DNA of 9,560 nucleotides from a virus (Duplodnaviria; Heunggongvirae; Uroviricota; Caudoviricetes): IMG/VR virus record IMGVR_UViG_3300029070_000029; one strand, 5' to 3'. Shown piece by piece: positions 1 to 7,449 of this stretch (position 1 is its first letter; each line of letters starts with the position of its first letter). The notes under the pieces were generated by a model. It saw only the letters and a program-made list of their open reading frames with translations, ran no database searches and was not told where the DNA came from. The position numbers and the translations under genes were made by a program.

Positions 1-26
1 GCCCGCCGGTTCAGGCGGGCTTTTTT
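1..26 (+). terminator. Rho-independent terminator of an upstream off-window + strand gene
   Basis: Perfect 7-bp GC stem gcccgcc (1-7) / ggcgggc (14-20) with a 6-nt loop, followed by TTTTTT (21-26). The stem may extend beyond the window edge. Confidence 0.75.
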
Positions 27-37
27 GTGGAGTGGAT

Positions 38-2416
38 ATGGCAGCAGTAAAAATCTCAGGTGTGCTGAAAGATGGTGCGGGAAAACCAATACAGAACTGC
101 ACTATTCAACTGAAGGCAAAGCGTAACAGCACCACGGTACTGGTGAACACGGTGGCCTCTGAAAATCCGGATGAAGCCGGGCGTTACAGCATGGATGTTG
201 AGTATGGTCAGTACAGCGTCACCCTGCTGGTTGAAGGTTTTCCGCCTTCACATGCCGGGACCATTACCGTCTATGAAGGTTCCAGACCAGGTACGCTGAA
301 TGATTTTCTCGGTGCCATGACGGAAGATGATGTCATGCCGGAGGCATTGCGTCGTTTTGAGGCAATGGTGGAAGAAGCGGCACGCAACGCCGAAGCCGCC
401 TCTCAGAGCGCAGCAGCGGCAAAGAAATCCGAAACTGCAGCGGCATCATCGAAGAACGCGGCGAAAACCTCAGAAACAAATGCAGCTAACAGCGCACAGG
501 CGGCAGCGTCCTCGCAGACTGCATCGGCAAACTCCGCGACAGCAGCCAAAAAATCAGAAACCAACGCGAAAAATAGCGAGACAGCCGCAAAGACGAGCGA
601 AACCAACGCAAAGTCCAGCCAGACGGCAGCGAAAACAAGCGAAACGAATGCCAAAGCCAGTGAAACTGCGGCAAAAAACAGCCAGGTTGCAGCAGCCCAA
701 AGCGAGAGCGCGGCAGCCGGTTCTGCGACTTCAGCAGCTGGATCAGCAACTGCTGCGGCTAACAGCCAGAAAGCTGCGAAGACGAGTGAAACTAACGCAA
801 AGTCCAGCCAGACGGCAGCGAAGACCAGCGAAACGAATGCCAAAGCCAGCGAAACTGCGGCGAAAAACAGTCAGGATGCAGCAGCCCAAAGCGAGAGTGC
901 TGCAGCTGGTTCTGCAAGCGCGGCGGCTGCTTCTGCCACTGCATCAGCCAACAGTCAAAAAGCAGCAAAAACCAGTGAAACCAATGCAAAGACAAGCGAG
1001 ACTGCAGCGGCGAACTCGGCGAAAGCATCCGCTGCAAGCCAGACCGCTGCAAAAGCAAGTGAAGACGCAGCCAGAGAGTATGCAAGCCAGGCAGCAGATC
1101 CGTATAAATATGTCTTACAGCCGCTGCCTGATGTGTGGATACCGTTTAACGATTCACTGGATATGATTACGGGCTTTTTGCCATCATATAAAAAGATTGT
1201 TATTGGTGACGACGAAATAACGATGCCTGGCGACAAGATTGTTAAGTTTAAACGTGCATCGAAAGCAACCTATATTAACAAATCTGGTGTGCTGACAGAG
1301 GCTGCCATTGATGAGCCACGATTTGAACGTGATGGCCTGCTTATTGAGGGGCAAAGAACTAATCTTCTGCTTAATTCAACAAATCCATCTAAATGGAATA
1401 AGTCAGGCAATCTGGAACTCACAGAAATATCCACGGATTCTTTTAATTTTACTTATGGGAGATTTACTGTAAAAGATACTCTTATTGGTCAGACAAGTGC
1501 TATTAATATCGTAACGATTTCTGGCAGTAAAGGGTTTGATGTCACAGGTGATGAAAAATATGTGACCATTTCATGCCGTGTAAGAAGTGATGTTGAAAAT
1601 ATAAGGTGTCGTTTAAGATTTGAACACCATGATGGTTATACTTACACTTTTTTGGGAGATGCTTACCTCAATTTATCAACACTTGTAATTGATAAAACTG
1701 GTACTGCTGCAGACCGTATTATTGCAAAGGCTGTAAAAGATGAGGTTACTGGTTGGATTTTCTATCAGGCTACAATTAATGCACTAGATACAGAGAGCAT
1801 GATTGGTGCGATGGTTCAATACGCTCCTGTAAAAGGTTCAGGTACAGCATCTGGAGACTATCTGGATATCGCAACTCCACAAGTGGAAGGTGGATCAAGT
1901 GCTTCGTCATTTATTGTAACTGATATAACTGCAAGCACTCGCGCAAGCGATATGGTGACAGTCCCAATCAAGAATAACCTTTATAATCTTCCTTTTACGG
2001 TTCTTTGTGAGGTACATAAGAACTGGTATAAAACGCCAAATGCAGCACCGCGTGTTTTTGATACCGGCGGTCATCAAACCGGAGCGGCTATTATTCTTGG
2101 CTTCGGTCGTTCAACAGATTACGACGGATTTCCTTATTGTGATATAGGTTTGGCTAACAGACGGGTAAACGAAAACGCATCGCTTGAAAAAATGGTTATG
2201 GGGATGCGTGTAAAGTCAGATCAGTCTACGTGCTCAGTAAGTAACGGGCGTATATCTAGCGAAAAGAAAGCCACATGGTCCTATATTCAGAACTCCGCAA
2301 TTATCCGTATTGGAGGCCAGACTACAGCCGGGTTGCGTCATTTATTTGGTCATGTCAGGAATTTCAGAATATGGCACAAGGCATTGACTGATGCTCAGAT
2401 GGGGGAGTCAATCTAA
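38..2416 (+). CDS. stf: Lambda-like side tail fibre protein: conserved N-terminal attachment domain, repeat-rich shaft, lectin-like C-terminal tip
   Basis: Track ORF 32..2416 starts at GTG 32 directly after the terminator T-run; I prefer ATG 38, which has GGAG at 29-32. The N-terminus (MAAVKISGVLKDGAGKPIQNCTIQLKA...GRYSMDVEYGQYSV...FPPSHAGTITVYE...TLNDFL) matches my recollection of the lambda Stf N-terminal domain. Residues ~120-350 are Ala/Ser/Thr/Lys-rich repeats (AAKTSETNAKSSQTA...). The C-terminal ~440 aa are visibly lower in GC and end in ...NFRIWHKALTDAQM, which resembles the terminal strand of ConA/LamG-type jelly-roll domains. No search was run. Confidence 0.85.
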   Translation: MAAVKISGVLKDGAGKPIQNCTIQLKAKRNSTTVLVNTVASENPDEAGRYSMDVEYGQYSVTLLVEGFPPSHAGTITVYEGSRPGTLNDFLGAMTEDDVMPEALRRFEAMVEEAARNAEAASQSAAAAKKSETAAASSKNAAKTSETNAANSAQAAASSQTASANSATAAKKSETNAKNSETAAKTSETNAKSSQTAAKTSETNAKASETAAKNSQVAAAQSESAAAGSATSAAGSATAAANSQKAAKTSETNAKSSQTAAKTSETNAKASETAAKNSQDAAAQSESAAAGSASAAAASATASANSQKAAKTSETNAKTSETAAANSAKASAASQTAAKASEDAAREYASQAADPYKYVLQPLPDVWIPFNDSLDMITGFLPSYKKIVIGDDEITMPGDKIVKFKRASKATYINKSGVLTEAAIDEPRFERDGLLIEGQRTNLLLNSTNPSKWNKSGNLELTEISTDSFNFTYGRFTVKDTLIGQTSAINIVTISGSKGFDVTGDEKYVTISCRVRSDVENIRCRLRFEHHDGYTYTFLGDAYLNLSTLVIDKTGTAADRIIAKAVKDEVTGWIFYQATINALDTESMIGAMVQYAPVKGSGTASGDYLDIATPQVEGGSSASSFIVTDITASTRASDMVTVPIKNNLYNLPFTVLCEVHKNWYKTPNAAPRVFDTGGHQTGAAIILGFGRSTDYDGFPYCDIGLANRRVNENASLEKMVMGMRVKSDQSTCSVSNGRISSEKKATWSYIQNSAIIRIGGQTTAGLRHLFGHVRNFRIWHKALTDAQMGESI
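585..915. repeat. Tandem direct repeat inside the stf shaft: two ~142-bp near-identical segments with a 189-bp (63-codon) period
   Basis: 585-726 and 774-915 align base for base at a 189-nt offset with only scattered substitutions (for example aagacgagcgaaaccaacgcaaagtccagccagacggcagcg versus aagacgagtgaaactaacgcaaagtccagccagacggcagcg). They encode AAKTSETNAKSSQTAAKTSETNAKASETAAKNSQ(V/D)AAAQSESAAAGSA twice. More diverged copies of the same ~13-15 aa unit lie on both sides (about 400-1075). Confidence 0.8.
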
Positions 2417-2697
2417 TGAAAGATTTAACACTCAAATTTGCAGACAGGGCCGACTTTTCGGCCTTTATGGATAGCATTGGCTATTATGATGACGAGTCGA
2501 TGCAGGATGATATTCTTATTGACGTGATAGGTAACGTGTACAAAGAAACCGGAGAACTGACTGAAGATGGCGAACCGGTATGTGTTAAGGAAGATGGATA
2601 TTTTGTAAACGTGCGCATCATTAATGATGCAAAAAAATCGTTAATATTCGATGAATACGCGGTTGTAGTTGAACATCAACTTCGTGGCTGGATGTGA
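2416..2697 (+). CDS. Small strongly acidic protein of unknown function, translationally coupled to stf
   Basis: Track ORF of 93 aa. Its ATG overlaps the stf stop (TAATG at 2414-2418). By my count it has 21 Asp+Glu against 9 Lys+Arg. I recognise no family; it does not resemble lambda Tfa as I recall it. Confidence 0.55.
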   Translation: MKDLTLKFADRADFSAFMDSIGYYDDESMQDDILIDVIGNVYKETGELTEDGEPVCVKEDGYFVNVRIINDAKKSLIFDEYAVVVEHQLRGWM

Positions 2698-2706
2698 GGG
2701 AGACAA

Positions 2707-3411
2707 ATGGCTACATCGACAGTAATTCCAGGAGACATCACCACGTTAAAGGGAGATGTCAGTAAAGCCAAGGAAGATATTTCCTCAATTAACGGAAAAG
2801 TATCAACGCTTCAGGCTGATATGACCAGTGCAAAGCAGGATATCAGCACCAGATACACAAAAACTGAAGTTGATAATAAGCTGAAAAACAAACTGGAAGT
2901 GAACGCTCTGGAAAGCGGTCGTTATGGTGGAGATTTTTACCCGTTGACTGGCCGTGAAGCGTTTTATTTGTGGGGATTGGGCACGACTACAGCGGCGGCA
3001 AACCTTTATCTTAATCCTGACCCCGCAATTTCGTCTGTGCTGCGGTCAACATCGTCTATCCGCTATAAACATTCAGTAGAGACAATAGATTCAGAGCACG
3101 CCGATCTCATTTTCAGGATGCGCCCTGTGTGGTACAGGTCACAATGCGAAAATGACAGGCGTGACTGGGGATTCTACGGATTGATTGCCGAGGAAGTAGG
3201 AGAAATTGCCCCTCAGTTTGTACACTGGCGACCAGCTAACGAAGATGATGCACCGGAAGCTATTTCCAGCAATGGCCTTGTTGCCGAAGGTGTAATGTAC
3301 GAACGTCTGGTTGTTCCACTGATTCACCATATCCAGAAGCTGACTGAAAGAGTTGATGAACTTGAGTCAGAATTAAAGTTGTTATCCGTTTCCCGAAGCG
3401 ATATCGGATAA
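2707..3411 (+). CDS. Tail-fibre-like protein: N-terminal coiled-coil/fibre repeats plus C-terminal intramolecular chaperone (peptidase S74-like) domain
   Basis: Track ORF of 234 aa with GAGGGA at 2696-2701 upstream of ATG 2707. The N-terminal ~65 aa show ~14-residue repeats (LKGDVSKAKEDISS / INGKVSTLQADMTS / AKQDISTRYTKTEV). The C-terminal half carries motifs I associate with the endosialidase/T5 pb1 chaperone domain: S116-x4-K121 (SSIRYK), LIFRMRPVWY, GLIAEEVGEIAPQFV. Confidence 0.65.
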   Translation: MATSTVIPGDITTLKGDVSKAKEDISSINGKVSTLQADMTSAKQDISTRYTKTEVDNKLKNKLEVNALESGRYGGDFYPLTGREAFYLWGLGTTTAAANLYLNPDPAISSVLRSTSSIRYKHSVETIDSEHADLIFRMRPVWYRSQCENDRRDWGFYGLIAEEVGEIAPQFVHWRPANEDDAPEAISSNGLVAEGVMYERLVVPLIHHIQKLTERVDELESELKLLSVSRSDIG

Positions 3412-3421
3412 AGGAGGAGTA

Positions 3422-3715
3422 ATGGATATAACACCTTTCCTTCATGCGCTTTGTGCTGTGGCTGCGCAGCTACTGATTGGTCTTTTTACCGGGAACTGGG
3501 CTTACGGGGCGATAGCTGGTTGTACGTTCTTCATTGCGCGTGAACACACCCAGGCAGAATATCGCTGGATTGAAATGTTCGGGCATGGCAAGCGAATGAA
3601 TATGCCGTGGTGGGGCGGTTTTGATCCGCGCGCGTGGGATGTGGCAAGCCTGATGGATTTTGCTGTGCCGGTGGTGGCGTGTCTGCTGGTCTGGCTGTTG
3701 GTTAATCGTGGGTGA
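3422..3715 (+). CDS. Small hydrophobic, probably inner-membrane protein of unknown function (2-3 predicted TM segments)
   Basis: Track ORF of 97 aa. A near-consensus Shine-Dalgarno AAGGAGG (3411-3417) sits 4 nt before ATG 3422. Hydrophobic stretches FLHALCAVAAQLLIGLF, AYGAIAGCTFFIA and FAVPVVACLLVWLLV. GC-rich codon usage contrasts with the stf tip. Confidence 0.55.
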   Translation: MDITPFLHALCAVAAQLLIGLFTGNWAYGAIAGCTFFIAREHTQAEYRWIEMFGHGKRMNMPWWGGFDPRAWDVASLMDFAVPVVACLLVWLLVNRG

Positions 3716-3806
3716 AAAAAGGTGAGCTGTATATGCAACGGAGGAAGAAACCCCGTTGCTGGAAGCCAGGAAAAAGTATCGGGTGTTGCTGTCCTCGGAT
3801 GTTGTG

Positions 3807-4664
3807 CTAATTGGGTGATAACAGATCCTGTGTATGGGAGTTTCCCTTTTTGCGTGCGTTGATGCTGGTAACGGCAAACGTCATGATGAACAAAACCGCG
3901 AATAAGACGACAATCGTCGGAGCTGGTGCGCTGTCGATAAAAAAGGACAACCAGACACCAGTCATTGACACTATTACCGATATGCCAGTCGCCAGTAGGA
4001 GCGCAATATGAAAGCGTTGTGTCAGGAGTACCGCAATGGCGCCAGGCGCAATGAGCAGAGAAATGGAGAGAATGATACCTACCGCTTTCAGCGTCGCCAC
4101 AATGGTCAGGGAGACCATGCACAGCAGCCCATAATGCAGCCATCTCGTATGCAAACCGCTTACCTGCGCCTGTTGATAATCAAAGCTGAACAGCAAAAAA
4201 TCCCGCCATTTTACGCTAATAACAAGTGTAACCAGCCCGGCAATAATCATCGTCTGGATTATATCGCCGATGGTTATCCCGAGCATGTCGCCGAAAAGAA
4301 TATGGTCAAGATGTACGTCTGGTTTGACTGCAATATACAAGATCAGACCTGCGGCAAACATGCCAGAAAAAACAATCCCCATCACTGTATCTTGCTTGAT
4401 TCGGCTGTTGTCTTTCAGGTATCCCGTCGCCACCGCGCAGAATACTCCGGCGACGAATGCCCCTGTAGCCAAAGGTAACCCCAGAATCCAGGCAAGCACG
4501 ATGCCAGGAAAAACCGCATGACTCATCGCGTCACCCATCAGTGCCCAACCTTTCAGGACCAGAAAGACCGACAGCAGCGCACAGGGTATGGAAACTACCA
4601 GTGAAATCAGCAGTGCGTGACTCATAAAGGTGAACTGCAGTGGCTCCAGTAATAATGCCATCAT
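3807..4664 (-). CDS. sitD: Mn2+/Fe2+ ABC transporter permease, second membrane component (SitD/YfeD type)
   Basis: 285-aa polytopic membrane protein with ABC-3 permease character, paralogous to the upstream permease. Its start overlaps the sitC stop by 4 nt. It is the last gene of a four-gene A-B-C-D operon. Confidence 0.8.
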   Translation of the reverse strand: MMALLLEPLQFTFMSHALLISLVVSIPCALLSVFLVLKGWALMGDAMSHAVFPGIVLAWILGLPLATGAFVAGVFCAVATGYLKDNSRIKQDTVMGIVFSGMFAAGLILYIAVKPDVHLDHILFGDMLGITIGDIIQTMIIAGLVTLVISVKWRDFLLFSFDYQQAQVSGLHTRWLHYGLLCMVSLTIVATLKAVGIILSISLLIAPGAIAVLLTQRFHIALLLATGISVIVSMTGVWLSFFIDSAPAPTIVVLFAVLFIMTFAVTSINARKKGNSHTQDLLSPN

Positions 4665-5518
4665 GAGCGATCCTCCAGCGCCTTATGCGCACGCCGACGA
4701 TTTGCCAAAAGCCCATGGGTGGGCGCAAAGACAAATGCTAAAAGAAACAGCAGTGTCTGCGCCACCACGATGATTCCACCTGTCGCGCCGTCCAGAAAGT
4801 AACTGACCCACGCGCCGAGGAAACTGGTTACACTGCCAATAGTTACAGCAATCATGAGCAGGCGGGGAAAACGATCGGTTAACAACCATGCTGTTGCACC
4901 GGGAGTCACCACCAGACAGATCACCAGAAAGGCACCAACCGTTTGCAGCGCCGCAACGGTCGAAACCGACAGCAGGGTGAAGAAGAGGAGTTTTAATCTG
5001 CCCGGATGCAATCCAATAGCACGGGCGTTATTCTCGTCGAAAAAGGTCACCATAAGATCTTTCCATTTGAAAAAAAGCACGATGATCGAGAGAATGCCAA
5101 TGATATTGAGTTGCAGGATATCCGCCGGATCGATTGCCAGAATATTGCCCAGGACGATGGTCTGAATGTTCACAGATGTCGGGTTCAATGACACCATAAA
5201 CAGCCCCAGGCCAAAAAAGGACGAGAAGATCAGACCGATGATGGCATCTTCTTTTAAGCGGGTGCGTTGGTTAAGAAACAGCATGCTGCCCGCAGCCAGT
5301 CCGCCGGAAAAGAAGGCTCCCAGAGAAAACGGAAGCCCCAGCATATATGCCCCCGCAACACCCGGGACAATAGAGTGCGACAACGCATCGCCAATCAGCG
5401 ACCAGCCTTTTAGCATCAGATAGCATGACAGGAAAGCGCAGAGACCGCCGACCATCGCCGAGACCCACATCGCATTGAGCATATATTCATAGCTGAAGGG
5501 TTCCAGTAGCACGTTCAT
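4661..5518 (-). CDS. sitC: Mn2+/Fe2+ ABC transporter permease, first membrane component (SitC/YfeC type)
   Basis: 285-aa polytopic membrane protein. Its start overlaps the sitB stop by 4 nt (ATGA). Position and order fit sitABCD. Confidence 0.8.
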   Translation of the reverse strand: MNVLLEPFSYEYMLNAMWVSAMVGGLCAFLSCYLMLKGWSLIGDALSHSIVPGVAGAYMLGLPFSLGAFFSGGLAAGSMLFLNQRTRLKEDAIIGLIFSSFFGLGLFMVSLNPTSVNIQTIVLGNILAIDPADILQLNIIGILSIIVLFFKWKDLMVTFFDENNARAIGLHPGRLKLLFFTLLSVSTVAALQTVGAFLVICLVVTPGATAWLLTDRFPRLLMIAVTIGSVTSFLGAWVSYFLDGATGGIIVVAQTLLFLLAFVFAPTHGLLANRRRAHKALEDRS

Positions 5519-6342
5519 CTTTCTTCCCTCTGCACCGCTGACGGTCGATGAGCCACAAAAGGGCGTTCATCGTCAGTAATAATGCTTTCTTCCGAGCCGT
5601 TAAGTGTGACATGGCGCAGTACGCCGCTAAAAGCCAGCTCTAGGTTCTCGGCTGTAAAAGTGGTGTCTGTCGGCCCGCTTGCCAGGACGGTGCCTTTGAC
5701 CATGACCGTATAATCGCAAAATGTCGTGACGGATCCGAGATTGTGTGTTGAGACAAGCATCGTTTTGCCTTCCGCGCGTAACTCCCTCAACAGGCTGATG
5801 ATTTTGGCTTCGGTTTTCACATCAACGCCAGTAAAAGGTTCATCCAGCAGGATCACATCACCCTGCTGTGCAATCGCTCTCGCCAGAAAGACGCGTTTCT
5901 TTTGTCCACCGGAAAGCTCGCCGATTTGTCGATGGCGAAAATTCACCATATCGACACGTTCCAGCGCATCGGTGACAATTTGACGATCCCTCTTTTTGGC
6001 GATACGCAACATACCCATATGCCCATAGCGGCCCATCATCACCACATCTTCCACCAGTACAGGAAATGACCAGTCAACCTCTTCTGACTGAGGGACGTAG
6101 GCAACCAGGTTTTTCTGTAACGCCTGTCGCGTGGGAATACCCAGAACAGATATCTTTCCGCTGGTCAGACGCACAAATCCCATAATCGCTTTAAACAACG
6201 TCGATTTTCCGGAACCGTTTACCCCAACCAGAGCGGCAATAGATCCACTTGGTACTGTGAAGGATGCATCGCGCAGTGCTGTGTGCCCGTTATGCCAGGT
6301 GACAGCAACATCATTAACGACAATGCCTGCAGATTGCATCAT
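5515..6342 (-). CDS. sitB: Mn2+/Fe2+ ABC transporter ATP-binding protein (SitB/YfeB type)
   Basis: 275 aa with Walker [13 protein letters not shown] signature LSGGQKKRV and Walker B ILLDEP. Its start overlaps the sitA stop (TAATG on the minus strand). Confidence 0.85.
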   Translation of the reverse strand: MMQSAGIVVNDVAVTWHNGHTALRDASFTVPSGSIAALVGVNGSGKSTLFKAIMGFVRLTSGKISVLGIPTRQALQKNLVAYVPQSEEVDWSFPVLVEDVVMMGRYGHMGMLRIAKKRDRQIVTDALERVDMVNFRHRQIGELSGGQKKRVFLARAIAQQGDVILLDEPFTGVDVKTEAKIISLLRELRAEGKTMLVSTHNLGSVTTFCDYTVMVKGTVLASGPTDTTFTAENLELAFSGVLRHVTLNGSEESIITDDERPFVAHRPSAVQREER

Positions 6343-7256
6343 TATTTCTCCCTTTTCCCGGCTTTAATTCCCTGTACCAGCGTACTGGTAGTAACCTTAA
6401 GAAGGTCGATATACGTCGGTACCGGGCCGTTTTCTGTGCTCAGGGAATCGACATAGAGCACACCGCCGTAGTGTGCGCCGGTTTCACGCGCAACCTGACG
6501 CGCTGGTTTATCGGAAATCGTACTCTCGCTAAAGACTGCCGGGATATGATTTTTCTTAACTATATCAACAACCTTACGTACCTGCTGCGGTGTTCCTTGT
6601 TGATCGGCATTAATCGGCCACAGATAAAGCTCTTTTAGCCCCAAATCGCGTGCGAGATAAGAAAAAGCCCCTTCACTGGTGACCATCCATCGCTGATTCT
6701 CAGGGAGTTCCGTAATCTGCTTACGCAGGGGGGCAAGGGTTTGGGTAATCTTGGCTTTATAAGTATCGGCATTGCGTTGGTAGGTTTGTGCATTTGCCGG
6801 ATCGTATTTTATCAACGCATCACGAATATTATCGACGTAAATCAGAGCATTATCTGGCGACATCCATGCATGGGGGTTAGGTTTGCCCTCATAGGGTCCT
6901 TCGGTGATCCCTACAGGCGTCACACCCGAAGAGACAATTACTTCTGGAACCCCATTGAGATGCTGGTAAAAGCGTTGGAACCACAATTCCAGATTCATAC
7001 CATTGGCGAGAATCAGTTGTGCCCCCTGCGCACGTTTAATATCGCCAGGGGTAGGCTGATACTCATGAATTTCTGCACCAGGCTTGGTTATGGATGAGAC
7101 TTCTGCAGCATCTCCCGCCACGTTTTTGGCCATATCCGCGATGATGGTAAATGTTGTAATGACCTTAAATTTTTCAGTTGCACTTGCCTGAAATGCGATC
7201 GAGCAGGTGAGTGCGAGGCCCCCCAAGAGCATGGTTACTTTTTTTATTGAGCGCAT
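6342..7256 (-). CDS. sitA: Periplasmic Mn2+/Fe2+-binding protein of the cluster A-I (TroA-like) family (SitA/YfeA type)
   Basis: 304 aa with an N-terminal signal peptide ([26 protein letters not shown]) and a metal-binding-protein-like body. It is the first gene of the operon, immediately downstream of the MntR/Fur-type operators. The true start could be the internal Met at codon 9. Confidence 0.8.
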   Translation of the reverse strand: MRSIKKVTMLLGGLALTCSIAFQASATEKFKVITTFTIIADMAKNVAGDAAEVSSITKPGAEIHEYQPTPGDIKRAQGAQLILANGMNLELWFQRFYQHLNGVPEVIVSSGVTPVGITEGPYEGKPNPHAWMSPDNALIYVDNIRDALIKYDPANAQTYQRNADTYKAKITQTLAPLRKQITELPENQRWMVTSEGAFSYLARDLGLKELYLWPINADQQGTPQQVRKVVDIVKKNHIPAVFSESTISDKPARQVARETGAHYGGVLYVDSLSTENGPVPTYIDLLKVTTSTLVQGIKAGKREK

Positions 7257-7288
7257 AATTTAGTACCTATAGTGAGCAAAATTAGAAC

Positions 7289-7310
7289 AAACATAGCAAC
7301 GGCTATGTTT
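7289..7310. promoter_or_regulatory. MntR-type operator (perfect 9-bp inverted repeat) in the sitA promoter
   Basis: AAACATAGC-aacg-GCTATGTTT, a perfect palindrome 33-54 nt upstream of the sitA ATG. It matches the E. coli MntR box as I recall it (AACATAGC-N4-GCTATGTT). Confidence 0.7.
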
Positions 7311-7332
7311 TATAGCATAACCTATACAGAAT

Positions 7333-7351
7333 GAAAATGATTATCATTAAC
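7333..7351. promoter_or_regulatory. Fur box in the sitA promoter
   Basis: gaaaATGATtATCATTAac matches the 19-bp Fur consensus GATAATGATAATCATTATC at 16 of 19 positions by my hand alignment. It lies ~77-95 nt upstream of the sitA ATG. Confidence 0.65.
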
Positions 7352-7449
7352 ATCTTTGAGGCCCAAAACAGGGATTAGTTTGTTTCCTGCTGGATGAAAG
7401 GACTCTTGGGATAGCACATGCCGCACGAAGAGCAGCATTACATGATGTT

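Noticed and set aside
32-37. GTG at 32 as the stf start (as given in the track)
   Set aside because: It directly abuts the terminator T-run with no Shine-Dalgarno. ATG 38 has GGAG 5 nt upstream and gives the lambda-Stf-like N-terminus MAAVKISG.
327-1166. 279-aa Arg/Gln/Lys-rich + strand ORF in the track
   Set aside because: It is an alternative reading frame of the stf repeat shaft. The low-complexity composition is a by-product of the GC-rich Ala-codon repeats, and it lies wholly inside the well-supported stf frame.
403-1236. Four minus-strand ORFs (403..843, 486..749, 792..1085, 955..1236)
   Set aside because: They are antisense shadows of the repetitive stf shaft. The repeats suppress stop codons in several frames, and there is no start or RBS context.
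3139-3445. Minus-strand ORFs 3139..3330 and 3260..3445
   Set aside because: They are antisense to the 234-aa S74-domain gene and to the strong RBS of the 97-aa gene, with no independent support.
3470-7097. Numerous 61-213 aa ORFs on both strands overlapping the sit genes (for example 3502..4143 -, 4008..4478 +, 4854..5165 +, 5726..5983 +, 6741..7097 +)
   Set aside because: All lie within or antisense to the four tightly packed sit ORFs, which have clear ABC-transporter features. They are treated as frame shadows.
3807-7256. Alternative identity of the transporter as ZnuABC or MntABC
   Set aside because: Znu has a divergent znuA / znuCB layout with a single permease. Here four co-directional genes (binding protein, ATPase, two permeases) with MntR and Fur boxes fit the Sit/Yfe type.
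7266-7276. 11-nt match to the T7 class III promoter core (reverse complement CTCACTATAGG) just upstream of sitA
   Set aside because: There is no T7-like RNA polymerase context in a lambdoid prophage, the match lacks the full 23-bp promoter, and it overlaps the sitA RBS region. It is most likely coincidence.
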